64,000 nt of DNA from Nitrospirales bacterium. GTDB taxonomy: Bacteria > Nitrospirota > Nitrospiria > Nitrospirales > UBA8639. This document shows positions 51,482-64,000 of the stretch, one piece after another (the stretch's first letter is position 1; each line of letters starts with the position of its first letter). A program made the translations under genes and the position numbers. Below the pieces are notes generated by a model. The model made no database searches, had not been told where the DNA came from, and saw only the letters and a list, made by a program, of their open reading frames with translations. The DNA lies in contig CBDBCZ010000012.1 of NCBI GenBank assembly GCA_965203295.1, forward strand, positions 512,001 to 576,000. The letters run 5' to 3'.

Positions 51482-53987
51482 AGCTAACTGCATCTGTAGA
51501 ACTACCGTAGATCTGGAATATCTTGTGCTAAAACTTTCACGTGCAGTTTTGTTTGTAGTTATATTTTTGTTGTTTGGGCCATCCATGATACAGCACAAGC
51601 ATGAATACTACAGAGGTTTGCAAGTTGATTGTCCACAGGAGAAGTCAAATAGGCAGTGGCTGTCAAGTACTTAGGTTAGGCTGTCAGCATCAAAGGCTAA
51701 CAGTTTACAGTTATTACTGTCAACCAATTTGTGGCCTATTGCACTGGACAACCAACCTTCAAGTGTACAAATAGCATGAGAAAGCAAGGAGGATCGAGTA
51801 TACAAAAACTTCGTGTCAGTGAAGTGGTTCTGGGGCTGGGGCATGGCAGTATAAAGAAGGATGCAACAGCAGATTTGTCTCCATATAATATAGACAAATC
51901 TATATTATTTTCATGTGACTCCTAGGCCTTTTAGGCCTGGCATTCTTATTTATGTATGTGTGTCACGAAAATAAAATATTCATTCATTCATTCATATAGA
52001 CTTCTGCGAGAGCGATTGCCTGTGAAGGCATTGAGGACAACAGTGAGCTTCTCAGATCCAGAAGACTATATCTCCAGCTTCAGGTAGCTTGTCTCTGTCT
52101 ACAATTTTTTTTAACAGAAAATCCCCAATTTTTTGTGGGCTTGATATATGTGTAGGGCTTGCCCATACATACACTGATTCTGACTTTTGCTTAAATTAAT
52201 CTTCATGTACTTGAGGGCTCCCAGTCAGTAAAGGCCTTCACAGGTGTGGGAAAGTTGCTGTCTAGCTCCCCCCCCCTAATTGTGAGAACCCATCCCTAAT
52301 TAAGGATAGGTTCTCACAAGAATTTTCACATTAGGAATGGTTTCTCATAATTAGGGCTTTGGTTCTCATAATTAATTGTGAGAAACTATCCCTAGTTATG
52401 AGAACCCTTGTGAGAACCCATCCCTAGTTGGGAGAACCATTAGTTGCCCTTGCCTGTGGATTTCTAGTGGAAGAGCCTGAGCAAGTGCACACCACCTAAT
52501 TCTACATTGAAATCTACATGGATTTCTACATACACATAGCAGTTGAAAAAGTGCAAAAATGACTATGGGAGTACATGTACCATGAGAGACACTTTAATAT
52601 AAGTCTGACAATGCATTATTGGGGCCTGAGTGAGCCCCAAACTTAGTGACTTGTGCAATTGCAGTCAATCTGTCTGTCCATTTGGCACAATGTTCTATAT
52701 TTGCTACAATTTCTTTGGCCATGTGCACGTGCGTGTATTGCACTGAGCACGCATGAGTTAGCAGCAACTATACGAGGCTTCACTGACAGCGCCAACAGGA
52801 GAAGTACCGTCATGTTTCTGAGCCAGCAAAGTATCAAAATGTAAGCTTTGTTAGCAGACCAGCATAGTTTGCTAGCTAAATGGCATATCTGTAGCTACCA
52901 GACATAGGCAGTATGACCTGTCATCAATCTGTCCTAGGATATTGCCTCTTTTGTCACTAGCTTGCCATGAACTGTGCCCAGTGAGCTTGTCATAGCTATA
53001 AGAAAGGAAAGAGCTACCCAGTTCCTTGACTTCCATGCTTGTGAAAAGATCCATCGTGCTTAAAAGTGTACTGTGGTGCTTGCTGGCACTACAGTCTGAT
53101 GCTCCTGCTCTGCTACGAGAGGACGATGGACCTGTAGAACATACTGAGAGGAATGCACTGGGGAGTATTCTCCAAATTTGTGTTCCTCAAGTTACTCATA
53201 TAATAAGTCTACCACTGCACAGATTCTAAAGAATTTGTATACACACTTTTCCTCATTGTCATCACATTTTCTACTGCCCACACACTACATGGTTTTCTAC
53301 TGCCCACACACTACATGGTTTGCGAAGGCTTACCCCACTATGCCCTACATATAACTAGTATATTGCACTAGTCATGTACATGTTTTTGTGGTTTATACTC
53401 AGTGCTGCTTTCTGTGCCAATACTTTTTGCAGTGGTGTTGAGTCCCTTTTCTTTCATAGTCCTACAATGTGGTCTCTCCCAAGTATCATGTACTTATGTG
53501 TTGTGCTCAGAAAAGTTCAAGAATTACCACCTATTGCATTGTAGGTGTTTAAAGTGACTTGCTATCTGCTCCCTGTGGCACTCTTGGTCCTGTTGTAGCC
53601 TAGCCTCTGTCGCAGCTACAGCCTCAGTGGATTATCTCTCCTGCTGTAAAGTGCTCATTTGTTGTAGCCTGGCCTCTTTCTCTCTCGTTAACAGCCTCAT
53701 AAAGATTGAGTCTCTCCCTCATTCATTGCAGCCTGGCCTCTCTCACTTTCATCCTGCTGGAAAGAGCTCATCTGTTGCAGCCTGGCCTCTGAAAGTAAAT
53801 CTATATATAGGTTCATACCTGCATGACGTAATTTTTGTGTACGAAGATATTTTACTGAATACCCTACCTGCTTATTAATGAAGTGGTGTATATATAGGGG
53901 CAGTTATGTGGTCTTCAGAATTTCCTTAACTCATTGCACGTATGCGACAACAATTTCACACGTGAGATTAGCCTACGCTCATAATTA

Positions 53988-54956
53988 CAGGGCCGTAGCA
54001 AGCACTTTTTGAGTGGTCCGGCCAGGAAGTTCGTGATTCGCGAAATTGGTGGGCGTAAGTCCCCCTTCCTAGGGGGGTCTGGGGGCATGCCCCCCCAGGA
54101 AATTTTGAGATTTTTGGTGCTCTGAGGTGCATTCTGAGGCCTTCTCATTGCATATTATATTGTTAGTTTCAATGTTGAGTGGTGTCTGTTTTATTCCATA
54201 TTCACAGACTCTTTTCAGTGAAATATAATTGTAAATACTTTAATACTTAGCAAAAATACCAGAACGATGTTCTGAACCACTAACAAAATCATTTAAAACA
54301 GACTTCAAATCTAAATTATCAGTCCTTTCTTTATGAACATGCAGAATCATGAGGTGATTAAGTCTTTCTTGTGCCATGGTTGTTCTCAGGTAGTTTTTAA
54401 GGCGGCGTAGATCATAGAGTCAGTATGAATTGCCGCCGAGTGCCTTAGCACGCAACGCGAGGCAATTAATCTTGTAGTGCAGCAGTCGAATCTGAGTTTC
54501 GGCCCCGGGGGCAAGCACGAGCTCGAGATGGTCACGCATGTCCTAGGAAGGTACACGCCTAACACGGATTCTGACCTTGTACTGCTGGCGCATGAACGAT
54601 CAGATTTATTCAAGTCAAGGTTGTCTTACTGCAGCTCCAAGGTTTGAGTAGCCTCTGTTTCAGCAGAGACGTTACGGCCCGACGGTACCGCGGCAAATCG
54701 GCAAATCGAGTGCTATGAACAAAAGCAAAGCCCGTGACTCTGTATCAACATGCTGGGCCTTGGAAGTACGCTTCAGACAGAGACAACCGTCTACTGACAT
54801 GCTGAAAGCGTAGTCGCGTTGTCGTAGCAGCTTCCAAAGTGGGTGTGGTTTGTGATGCTCTCGATCTATTCTGCGCATGCGCAATTCTGAAAACTTACGG
54901 TCACGAAAACTGGTCCGGCCAAAACCGGACCGGCCGGACCGCTTGCTACGGCCATG
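53988..54956. mobile_element. Non-autonomous TIR element (hAT-like CAG ends); related degenerate copy at ~48961-49308
   Basis: TIR cagggccgtagcaagc / gcttgctacggccatg, with subterminal ggtccggc repeats. The TSD is not clean. Confidence 0.65.
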
Positions 54957-56319
54957 AATTAACAATTAAAGCGTACTAAGCGTATCAGTGTAGTGTTCAA
55001 CTATTTTTTCGCTAACCATGTCAAGCAAGTAACGGATTCTTTGCTGTTTTTCTTTAAAGACTATTATCAGCCACAGCTATTCAGCACAAAGAGAGCTGGG
55101 GTTTGGACCATCAAAGCCTTTTTAGTATCGATCACTGACTAACGATTAATTACCAAAACGGCAACGTTGAAAATGAAGTCTGAGCACTATAGTGACTAAG
55201 CAAGCCAGCCCAATCGACTCCATGACTCTCTCCAAAAGTGGAATTGTCGAAGCTACCACTGATAGTGACTGTAGTGTCGATTAACTGTGTAGCTATGTAG
55301 CTAGCCATAATCGGCGTTAACTGCCTGTCAATTCCGCCGTGCATGAGTCATTTCTGTCTAGTTTTGGTACGGTTGCATCACAGAGGTACAGTCACTGTAG
55401 CTGTAGGGAGGGGCTTCCCCTTAACTAAAGGCCGGTACACACGAGTGAGTCCACCAATATTGGCGCTTTGCGTAGCTTAGTTATACTATGTACGCCTATA
55501 TATAGGTGCGCCATGTGCAATGAGTTAGATAGTATGGTTCAAACACTCTCACTCTTCCAGAATACTAGCCAGTTTGCTCTTTATATTCCACAGCTTCGTG
55601 ATCTGAAAATACTGCAGCGGGGATTGCCTTCTGGGGAAGATGGAGCAGTGGAAGACAAATGCCAGGTGCGTTGCTTGTGTTATTCTTAGTCCATGTTCAC
55701 CTAGAGTGGTGTACAAATTGCACATTGGCTTTCAGGCCGTGCAAATTGCATCACTTGTATTTACCAGGCGCTGTGTTGTTAATGAGAATCAGCCACACTG
55801 CAGCAGTTGTATAACTTCAGTGAACACTTTTGCAGATGTTGTTAAACAGTTCTGCAGGTATAAATTATTTTGCAAAGCTGCGTTTAGAAATTTTGTCGAT
55901 TACTAGAAGCTGAAATCAGCAAATGTTTTTGCTTGTTCAAGCGAAAGTCCTTGCACTTTCTGCTATTTTCATGGTTTCCTCACATTTTGTTAGAACGCCC
56001 AACCAATATGATGCATAGTTTTCGGTAGGCGTGACTGATTAAAGAGCGATGCGTGGTCGCGTGTTCAGATTGTTTTCTTGCTTGTTCAAGCAAAATTCCT
56101 GCTGTTTCTGTACATTTTTTTTTTTAATAATGACCAACCATTATTACCTAAAGCATGCAGCTAGGGTTTAACCACATAGTCTTCATACAAGCGCTTGCGT
56201 AGATCTGGTAATTCGCCGCTCCTACTCCTAGAGCGGCGTAGGTGGCGCTGACTCAAGCTACTGCGGCCATCAGCACCATGATAGCAGCTGCATGCAAGAT
56301 TACCTTTGGCGCTAAACTG

Positions 56320-56406
56320 TAGCCTCGGCCCCAGGCTCTCATATGCATCCAGCTTTTCGTTGCTTGCAGTACAGAAAAGCTGGACGAGAGCCTAGGACCG
56401 AGGCTA
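56320..56406. mobile_element. AcademH-type MITE (further family members at ~5750-5820, ~6830-6882, ~48760-48800, ~50868-50980, 63773-63824)
   Basis: tagcctcggccccagg...cctaggaccgaggcta with TSD gctaaactg. Confidence 0.85.
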
Positions 56407-59400
56407 GCTAAACTGTGCATCGTGAAGTTCATTGAGTGTTACATGCACACAAACAAGTAAACACATAAACACAACTCTCTTATACAACTCCAAAAACAAA
56501 CAACTCTCGAATACAACTCTATTTTGGTTTGTTTACTGGTTTGGCTGATTTGAAGTAGATTCTTCACTAGAAGAATCATCTTCTGAGGAATAAAAGTCCA
56601 TGTACTCCATGGGTATCCTTGAACTGAAAGTGACCATTGTAGTTGGCTGTGAAAGTGGGGGTGAAAAGACATTTAAATTTTGAATGCTTGCAGATTAGTT
56701 CCAGAAAGTTCTCTCTTTGCCAATAGTGTACTTGCTGAGGCAGTACATGTAGCTACAACACTGATAAGTAACTGATTGCTGTACATTTTGAAGGATGTAA
56801 ATATTGTGCTGAGACAAGCTGTTTTGGCTGTTGACAAAATTAATCTCTGGACCAGATAAGCACCACCCTTTAGAGGAACTGCAGCTGCCAGGTCTGCTGC
56901 TCAGGTAATCAGTTTAGTAGAGCAGAGCAGCTGCTACGTGTACTGGGCGTGGCTGCCCTAATGCCTGGCAGTAGTCAATGGCTCAGTGATTACATAATTA
57001 AATTTTGTGTAGTAGCAGTTTTTATATACCGCTGGAACTTAAGGATACGTGATTTCGGTTGTGTTCTGTGCTGGTTCAGGTGTAAATGGCATAGCATGAT
57101 AGGGATCACTCATCTGTGTCACTCACACAAAACTGCAAGAATGCTGTGATGTTTGATCCTTCCTAGTTTAGCTCATGTGGGGTCATGTAGAGTAAATGAA
57201 ACAAGGGTAAACGCAACAGCAACATAGGCGGCTGTTCGTAATGAATTATTCATCATTGCCACTATTATAATCTGACCAAACATCAATACGTGAATCCCGC
57301 AATAGCCAAAATCTGCTTTGCCTTTTTGCACTCTTGTGGTTTTTAATGGTTTAGTTGTATCTATGAAGAGAACAACCAGATGGATCTGGTATCTACTTCT
57401 ACTCCAGTATCACACTATTTCTTCTAACCTCCAAGAATTGCTCTATTACTGCATTATATCGTGCTTCTCCTGTTTCTGAGGGGCAGCTGATACACAACAT
57501 TTTCAACTGTTGTTATGAGAGTTCATACATGTCTGGTGGCACTTACACCTGGTAAATAGTGCAAGGCTTGCACATTCTGAGAAGCATCTGTGTGCAGTGC
57601 TAACATTTGAACACCCCACCTTTATGTGGAGTAGGCTAACCACTTCGGACTTACCTTGTGGTAAAGGGGCGGTGCTCATTGACCTATGCAATTAAGTAAT
57701 TAAGTACACGTTGTACACTAGCTTATCACTTCAAGGTTGAAAACAGCTTTTGCATCCACATACTCTTGATGTACATTCCATTCAACAATTGTGCACTTTC
57801 CTTCCAACTATCTTAGCTTTCTTAACCATTTCTTATGTCCACTTATCTGTGTCACTTGCAATAATCAAACTATTCTCAGACATTGCCATAATGGCATGGA
57901 AACATATTATAGCCAGCTTCTTTGTGCTTGTTCTTCCAATGTAGGTATACTCATTTTCTTTCCATTACTGTATCTTGCTGGACTTTGTAGTGTTTCACTA
58001 TCTACTACTAGGGCATTGTGGGGCGAGCGTGAGCGACCCCTCGTCTGTTGAAGCATGGTTAGGGCTTAGCGGTCTGTAAACTGATGGATTTCAGTACCTG
58101 AAAGCACTGAAAGTACAACATTCCTTAATGTGCTTTCAGTACAGGGTCTAATTGTTCCATTTGGAGAACTCAGAGCTGGATACTCTGCTTGAAACCAAGC
58201 CCAGGGGACATTAATGAATGATACTTGAGGCTCGATTTAGTATGTAATTTAACTCATTACACACAGGAGGCCACATAAGTGACCTGTATTTAATAAATTT
58301 TTGTGTTTAACCCACGTAAATCGCCCGCGTGCATAATAACGCTTCATTAGGGGAGAACCGCTCTATTATCAGAAACGGCTCATATTTATTCATTGCCTAA
58401 ATACCTGAAGTCATTTCGAGCAACCAGCACACAAGTGACAGCCAGATCGTTGATACCAGGTATATAGAGCACTTGCAGGATCGAGTTCTAGTGGCCGACT
58501 TCGATGCATACGTAGACTGTCCTTCTCATCACTCTACTTCACAAGTGGGGACATAAGCATCACGGAAAGCTTCTAGCTAACACGCTGAGGCTTGCTAGTA
58601 CACTCAAAGCTCATCGTCTATGCTTCCCCATTCCAAAAAGCTGGAAATTTGATGTACTTGCTTCTTTTGCTTCTATATGGAGACCAGACGTCATAGCTGG
58701 GAGTCATCAGTAGCTGTTCTGTCTGCTAAACGCTAGCAGCAAGCAAAGTAGTACAAAGCACGTTTTACTGAGACACTAATAATATGCGTGAGGTTAAATT
58801 AATTCACGCACGGTGGTGCCCAAGATGATGTAATTTCTGCGTGAGTCATCTGCCTAGTTGATGCTTTGACCGGTGTAAATGTGCATAGTTTTTGGTGGCG
58901 GCATTTTTCCCCTCACTCTTTCATCACACCCTGACATGGTCCAAACGGTACAAGGACCACAAGGAGCCCCTTCATGAAACTCTCTCTTGTGGCCATTCCC
59001 AGGTGGACTCCCAGGGTATTCAGAGCCCTCGTTTCCATCACTGCCTTGCTTAGGTTGCGTATTTTGTACTGACATAACCTGTAGACCTATGTGCAGATCA
59101 GCTCTCAGAACTAGTACAGCGAGAAGACAAGCCAGCATTGTTGCTATACCACCACCAAAGGAATTGGTGGTGGCAGCACACACTTTGACAGCAGAAGTAC
59201 AACAGAAAAAATGAGACAGTATCTCAGGCCACATACTGATAACATTGCAAGTCCTACAGTTAGTCCCAAAAAGCAACACCATTAGGACTACATTTGATGT
59301 ACCAAAACATCAGCAGTATGTCTACAATTCTGCTGAATGCCAACACAATAGCATCCACTGTGCACTCAACAATTTTAGCATGGGGCAAAACACCTCAAGA

Positions 59401-60960
59401 TGAAGAAGCTAGAATCCCCCAGGGAACAGTTGGCCAACCAGTAACAGGAGTGTAGCAGCTGTTACAGCTACACCTATGGACAACATCAATGTATATCTTG
59501 TTGGGTTTATATTTTGTTGGTGTCTGAGGCATGTGTACATGCATGCTGCAGGCACAACACAACTACAGCTGCATCCTTGTGAGCACTGGTGTTAGCCACA
59601 TCAGTGCTCTGAGGTACATGTACTAGCTCTGGTCCCATACCCATTACAAAAAGGAGCAAAAAGATGAAGATACTGAACACAATACAAGGAATGGAAACTA
59701 CGGTATGTAGCTAGGATTGATAAACTGACTAGTTGTGCTCTGCTAGGAAATTGCGGCAGCAAGCTAAAAGGTGTTTGTAATGCTGTAGTGAAATTCAGAC
59801 AATACTGGTATATACTAGAGGTACACACATTACCAGAAATTTTTACTACTTCTGCGGATATGCCGGAATATCTGTAATTAATTGTAATCGTGGCGTGTGC
59901 CTTCGCAGTAACGTACAGTTTGCAGAAGTTCCATGGTAGCCACCATTCGGAGTAAACAAAGCTAATGAAAATTATGGCCATGATCTGCCACTCTGCTTGA
60001 GTGCGCTACTCACCAGGTACTATCGAGCTCTGCATAATAACTCCAGCACGGCAGACGTGTGGGCAAGGCTGGCACGCCCAGCCCGTTTGCGTAATCGCCT
60101 GGTGCTCAAACCGAACAGTGCGAAGCAATAATAATAGTGTGTTTGGGTGGGTGTTCTGCCAATGCTTCAAGTATCCTGCTCCACTGCAGCACCCCCCACT
60201 CATTCACACAAATCTGAAAGTTCAAAGACATCTTAGGTTGACAGTATGTGCTTGGTACACTCAGTGCATGATACACTCACAGGACAACTCAATGTTCTGC
60301 TTTGTCCATCAAGTTGTCTTATTCTGGTGGTTGTGTTGTCATCGTCAGGTGTGATTATGTCATCGTGCTTCCTCTTCCGACCCGAGCTATCCTTCTGTCT
60401 CTGTAAGAGAAGAAAACCATTATATGTATAAGTTATTGACTGGGTGCCTAGGAAAGACATCTTAGGTTGACAGTATGTGCTTGGTACACACTTGCACTTG
60501 GTACACTCAATGCAGAATAATATACTCTTACGGGACACTTGAAGAGTCTTCTTGTATCATCCGAGTCCAACCTTCTAATTTTGGTACTCATTTTCTCTTC
60601 CTAGTGGAGAGACAACTCAGTTGAGTGGCTGTTACTCGTACATTTCAGACAGAGACAGAGATTATATGTATAGGTTATTGACTGGGTGCCTAGGAAAGAC
60701 ATCTTTTAGGTTGACAGTATGTGCTTGGTACACTCAGTGCATGATACACTTACAGGACAAGTCAGTGTGTCTTGACCCCCATCATACAACCTCCGAATTA
60801 TTGTCTCTAAACTGTCTTCTCTCTAGTGGTGTAGGAAGAAACAGAAGCATCTGAAATGACGTTTCTTGTCTGCATGTACCAAGATGTTGCCTCCCCCTTC
60901 ATCACAGTGGTTCGAGGTGGTACAGTGTGGTGTTGCATCACATACGATATTCTAATCAAT

Positions 60961-61771
60961 ACAAGTAAATAAAAAAATTTCAAAAAAAATTCAAAAGATG
61001 TAGGGATGGAGTGCCAAAAAGCAAGAAAACAAGGGTAGGGATAGCATGACGCAACATACACAGCCCCATCCCTACATCTTTTTCACATGTCACTGCAACC
61101 GTAGCGCTGCAATACAATTATTGATGTCATACCCAAAACCAGTGACAACTTGCATGCACCGGCCAACCCTCTTCGCACGGTTTGCTGATATGTCACAGCT
61201 ACCTACATGCATGTACCAGTTGAACCAGTAAATTGTATCATTAGTATTATGTCTGAAGTATAATTATGCCTATGTTGTATGTTCTATTGATACATATTTT
61301 TAAGTGGGGTACTAATGAGGGTGTACACACTGTGTGTATGTTTGCATGTATATACATTGTACAGTGTGTTTATACAAGCAAACATACACACAGTGTATAT
61401 TCATGCAGGCTTATTAGTACTTGGAATGTAATTTCATCCCATGATTGTACATAGATTCTGTCATGCAGGAGCTACTGTTTGGTGCGGCTCGTACAAAAGT
61501 ATGTCTGGGTACTAAGGAGGCTGGAAATAAGCTGAAAATGACACACACAGCTTAAATTGCAATACACATCCATGGCCACCCCCTTCTCAGTGCTGCCTAC
61601 AGGAAGGACCATTAAGAATTAATTAGGCCATCATTGCAGTTGACATGTGAAAAAGATGTAGGGATGGGGCTGTGTATGTTGCGTCATGCTATCCCTACCC
61701 TTGTTTTCTTGCTTTTTGGCACTCCATCCCTACATCTTTTTAAATTTTTTTGAAATTTTTTTATTTACTTG
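60961..61771. repeat. Inverted repeat pair of about 135 bp (60961-~61098 and ~61634-61771); fold-back element
   Basis: acaagtaaataaaaaaatttc...ccctacatctttttcacatgtca and its reverse complement. No TSD recognised. Confidence 0.85.
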
Positions 61772-62045
61772 TTTCCGATGCTTTTTTTTATGCTTGCCAT
61801 AATCAGTAATAAAATAACATACATAGTATACAAGTTATTACAAGTTGACTAAATAGTTGTTATATACATATGTACAAGTTGATAAAATAGTTGGTTAATG
61901 GTATAAAGTTAAACAAAGATATAAATATAACATGTATAATATGTCCAGCGGTGATTAAATAGTTGTTATATACAAGTTGATGAAATAGTTAAATAATAAT
62001 AATTGTTATAATGACATATAAGGTTAAACAGAGTAAATATATTAT

Positions 62046-62859
62046 CTAATTGTAATAGTTATTATTAATAGTAACTTGGCAGTGGGTTATCTGCATAAGG
62101 AAGAGGGAACAATAAATATGTGTTGTACAAATTATTTGTAAGGTGGCAAACTTACGTTTTCAATAGTACGGCCACTGCCTCGCCCTCCTCGAGCTGGCCC
62201 TCCTCGAGCTGGCCCTCCTCGAGCTCCGCCTCGGTAGGGAGGGGCCTTGCGGGTTCTGCGCCCCCTTCTCGTTTTCCGCCTCCCCCGCCCCCTCCCCCGA
62301 AAACGGAGAATGCCGCCGCGGGCGGCGGGAGTAGGGGCAGGGGGTCGGGCAGGGGCTGATGCCAGAGCGGCACGGACTTCCGGGTCCTCTTCAACGTAAA
62401 CTGGCTCCTCCACCCCCTCCTCCCCCGATAAGTATCCATCCAAGATGTCGTAGTCCATTTCTGTTGCAAAATGAATTTAGCTAATAATAATAGTACATGT
62501 GCATGGGAATTGCTAAGATTGTAGGCCACTATTTGCGATTGTATTCGCAATCAGAGAGTCGGTAGACTCTCTATGTAGGGATGGCACGGACACTCCATAT
62601 ATTAACTATTGCGCTAGCTAGCAATACACCTAATAGTGCCACGCAAAATACCAGCACATCTATTAATTTTACTGGTATATAGTAGTTTAAAGTTAATTCA
62701 ACGCTTCACCTAAAGCATCCGTGTACGTGTAAAAAATACTGAAATCCCACCTTCTTCCGGGTCTCGAGTTCGCTCCTCGCGCTCGCGCTCGGGGCCGGGG
62801 CGGGGCTCGGGCGATTCGGGGACGGACGGTGGGCAAGAGGGCGCCGGCGCTTCAGACAT
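62046..62859 (-). CDS. Small 3-exon gene (~152 aa), Pro/acidic then Arg/Gly (RGG)-rich, function unknown. Exons 62859-62751, 62460-62156, 62090-62046
   Basis: Start context aaccATG; GT-AG introns join in frame: MSEAPAPSCPPSVPESPEPRPGPEREREERTRDPEE-EMDYDILDGYL...RGRGRGRRKTRRGRR...RGGARGGPARGGPARGGRGSGRTIEN-ITHCQVTINNNYYN*. Exons 1-2 are very GC/CpG-rich. Confidence 0.6.
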
Positions 62860-64000
62860 GGTTTTTCTTTGCAGAAAATGACCTAAGCTCGGTCTGCTTA
62901 TTCTTTTAACTAATGAAGCAGCTGTAGCTGCCTAAGGAGGCCTTGCCTTTCTGCACGCGCGTTAAGTCGGCTGTACTGTACGCATAATAATTATAGTATG
63001 TACAGGCAGAGTCGGCGCGGCGCGCGCACATAGTATACAACGGCTTCTGCATAGGAGCGGTTCATAATTAATTTTGCGTACGTACATAATACATGTACGC
63101 ACAATTTATAATGACGTACTGGCTTACAGTGTATGCAGCATATGTAGAAACTTGAACTAACAATACCACAGTCAGATACATGTACAATGTCATGTACAGT
63201 GGCATCGCAATGCGGGAGCTATATAGAAAAGTGGGGATGTAGCTATAGAAATTATACAGAATGAATAGGCCCTGTGATGAGGACACCGAGTTAAAAGCAT
63301 GGCATAAACACGATTGTACACTGACAGAGAGTCATTTTCCGCAGAGGTACAATGTCATGCACGTACACTGTCTATTTGGTGTCTATCCTAAGGCTCTCCA
63401 GTTGGGAATGGTAGTGGGTGTGTACAAAAACTAGAATGATCAGGTGACCAGTGAACTGGCCAAAGAATTGTCATGGGAAATGAGTTAAAACACGGCATGA
63501 ACAGAATGAGTGCTTCAACTACACTGACTGAGAGCCAATCACCAGAGAGGTACTGTCCACTTTGTGTATTTCCCAAGGTTTCCAAGTTGGGGGTGCTGTG
63601 TGTATGTGTGTGTCAGTGAGCCTGTGTGATATACATGTACATGTAATAGTCTATTATGACAAATGAAACTGTTTGATCTTCGCCCTTACCCCCACCAGAT
63701 CAAGTGCTATGGGTCAGACACTTCCAATACTCAGAGGGTGAACTTGGCAATAGGGCTAAGGCTAATTACCCCTATCCTCGTTCCCGGCCCCCCAATTTTT
63801 CGAGGGGGCCCGGGAAGGAGGCTAATTTACCCCATGATTTGTATCCTTGTTGATAACACCAATACCAGCCCCACAATGGAGCTTACCTATCGGTGTTTCT
63901 TGACAAAATGTTGTAAACAGCTTTCTTGTAAATGTCCTAGTAGTTGTTCATTGCTGCTCAGGGCCGAGGGGTTGGGGGACGGCCATACTTAGGGGTGGGG

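Noticed and set aside
56439..57700. Possible transposase remnants on the minus strand (HPHFHSQL resembling PKFHCELN)
   Set aside because: Too short, interrupted by stops, and no other motif supports it.
47340..60000. Numerous 60-140 aa ORFs in the ORF track
   Set aside because: No recognisable motifs, many lack ATG starts, and many overlap MITEs; treated as chance ORFs.

Overview
Eukaryotic genomic DNA, intron-rich with GT-AG introns and dense in MITEs. The gene and repeat content suggest a basal invertebrate, most likely a demosponge (inference). From left to right: (1) the remnant of a Kelch/UPA paralogue, then an intact 10-exon gene (3790-10722) encoding Kelch repeats, a coiled coil, a ZU5/UPA-like region with an HF|S autoproteolysis-type motif, and a C-terminal Death domain; (2) a tandem segmental repeat of about 8.3-9.9 kb present three times (about 13723-41670), preceded by a partial copy; (3) a 7-exon cyclin B gene (44867-47333); (4) repeat-rich DNA with many AcademH-type non-autonomous elements (9-bp TSDs), one keeping a RecQ-like helicase N-terminus; (5) a small, spliced, GC-rich Arg/Gly gene on the minus strand near the right end. 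Each repeat unit carries three intact and one degenerate copy of a roughly 150-bp snRNA-like cassette, an orphan BC-box exon, a tRNA-derived head and several MITEs. Two of the three units also carry a 2-kb Crypton-type tyrosine-recombinase transposon. The best candidate for an undescribed system is this array of 10 intact Sm-site small-RNA-like cassettes: each has a conserved upstream block and hairpin, a variable middle, an Sm site and a 3' hairpin. At one homologous locus the middle is completely different between otherwise near-identical repeat units. All calls were made by eye; no searches were run.
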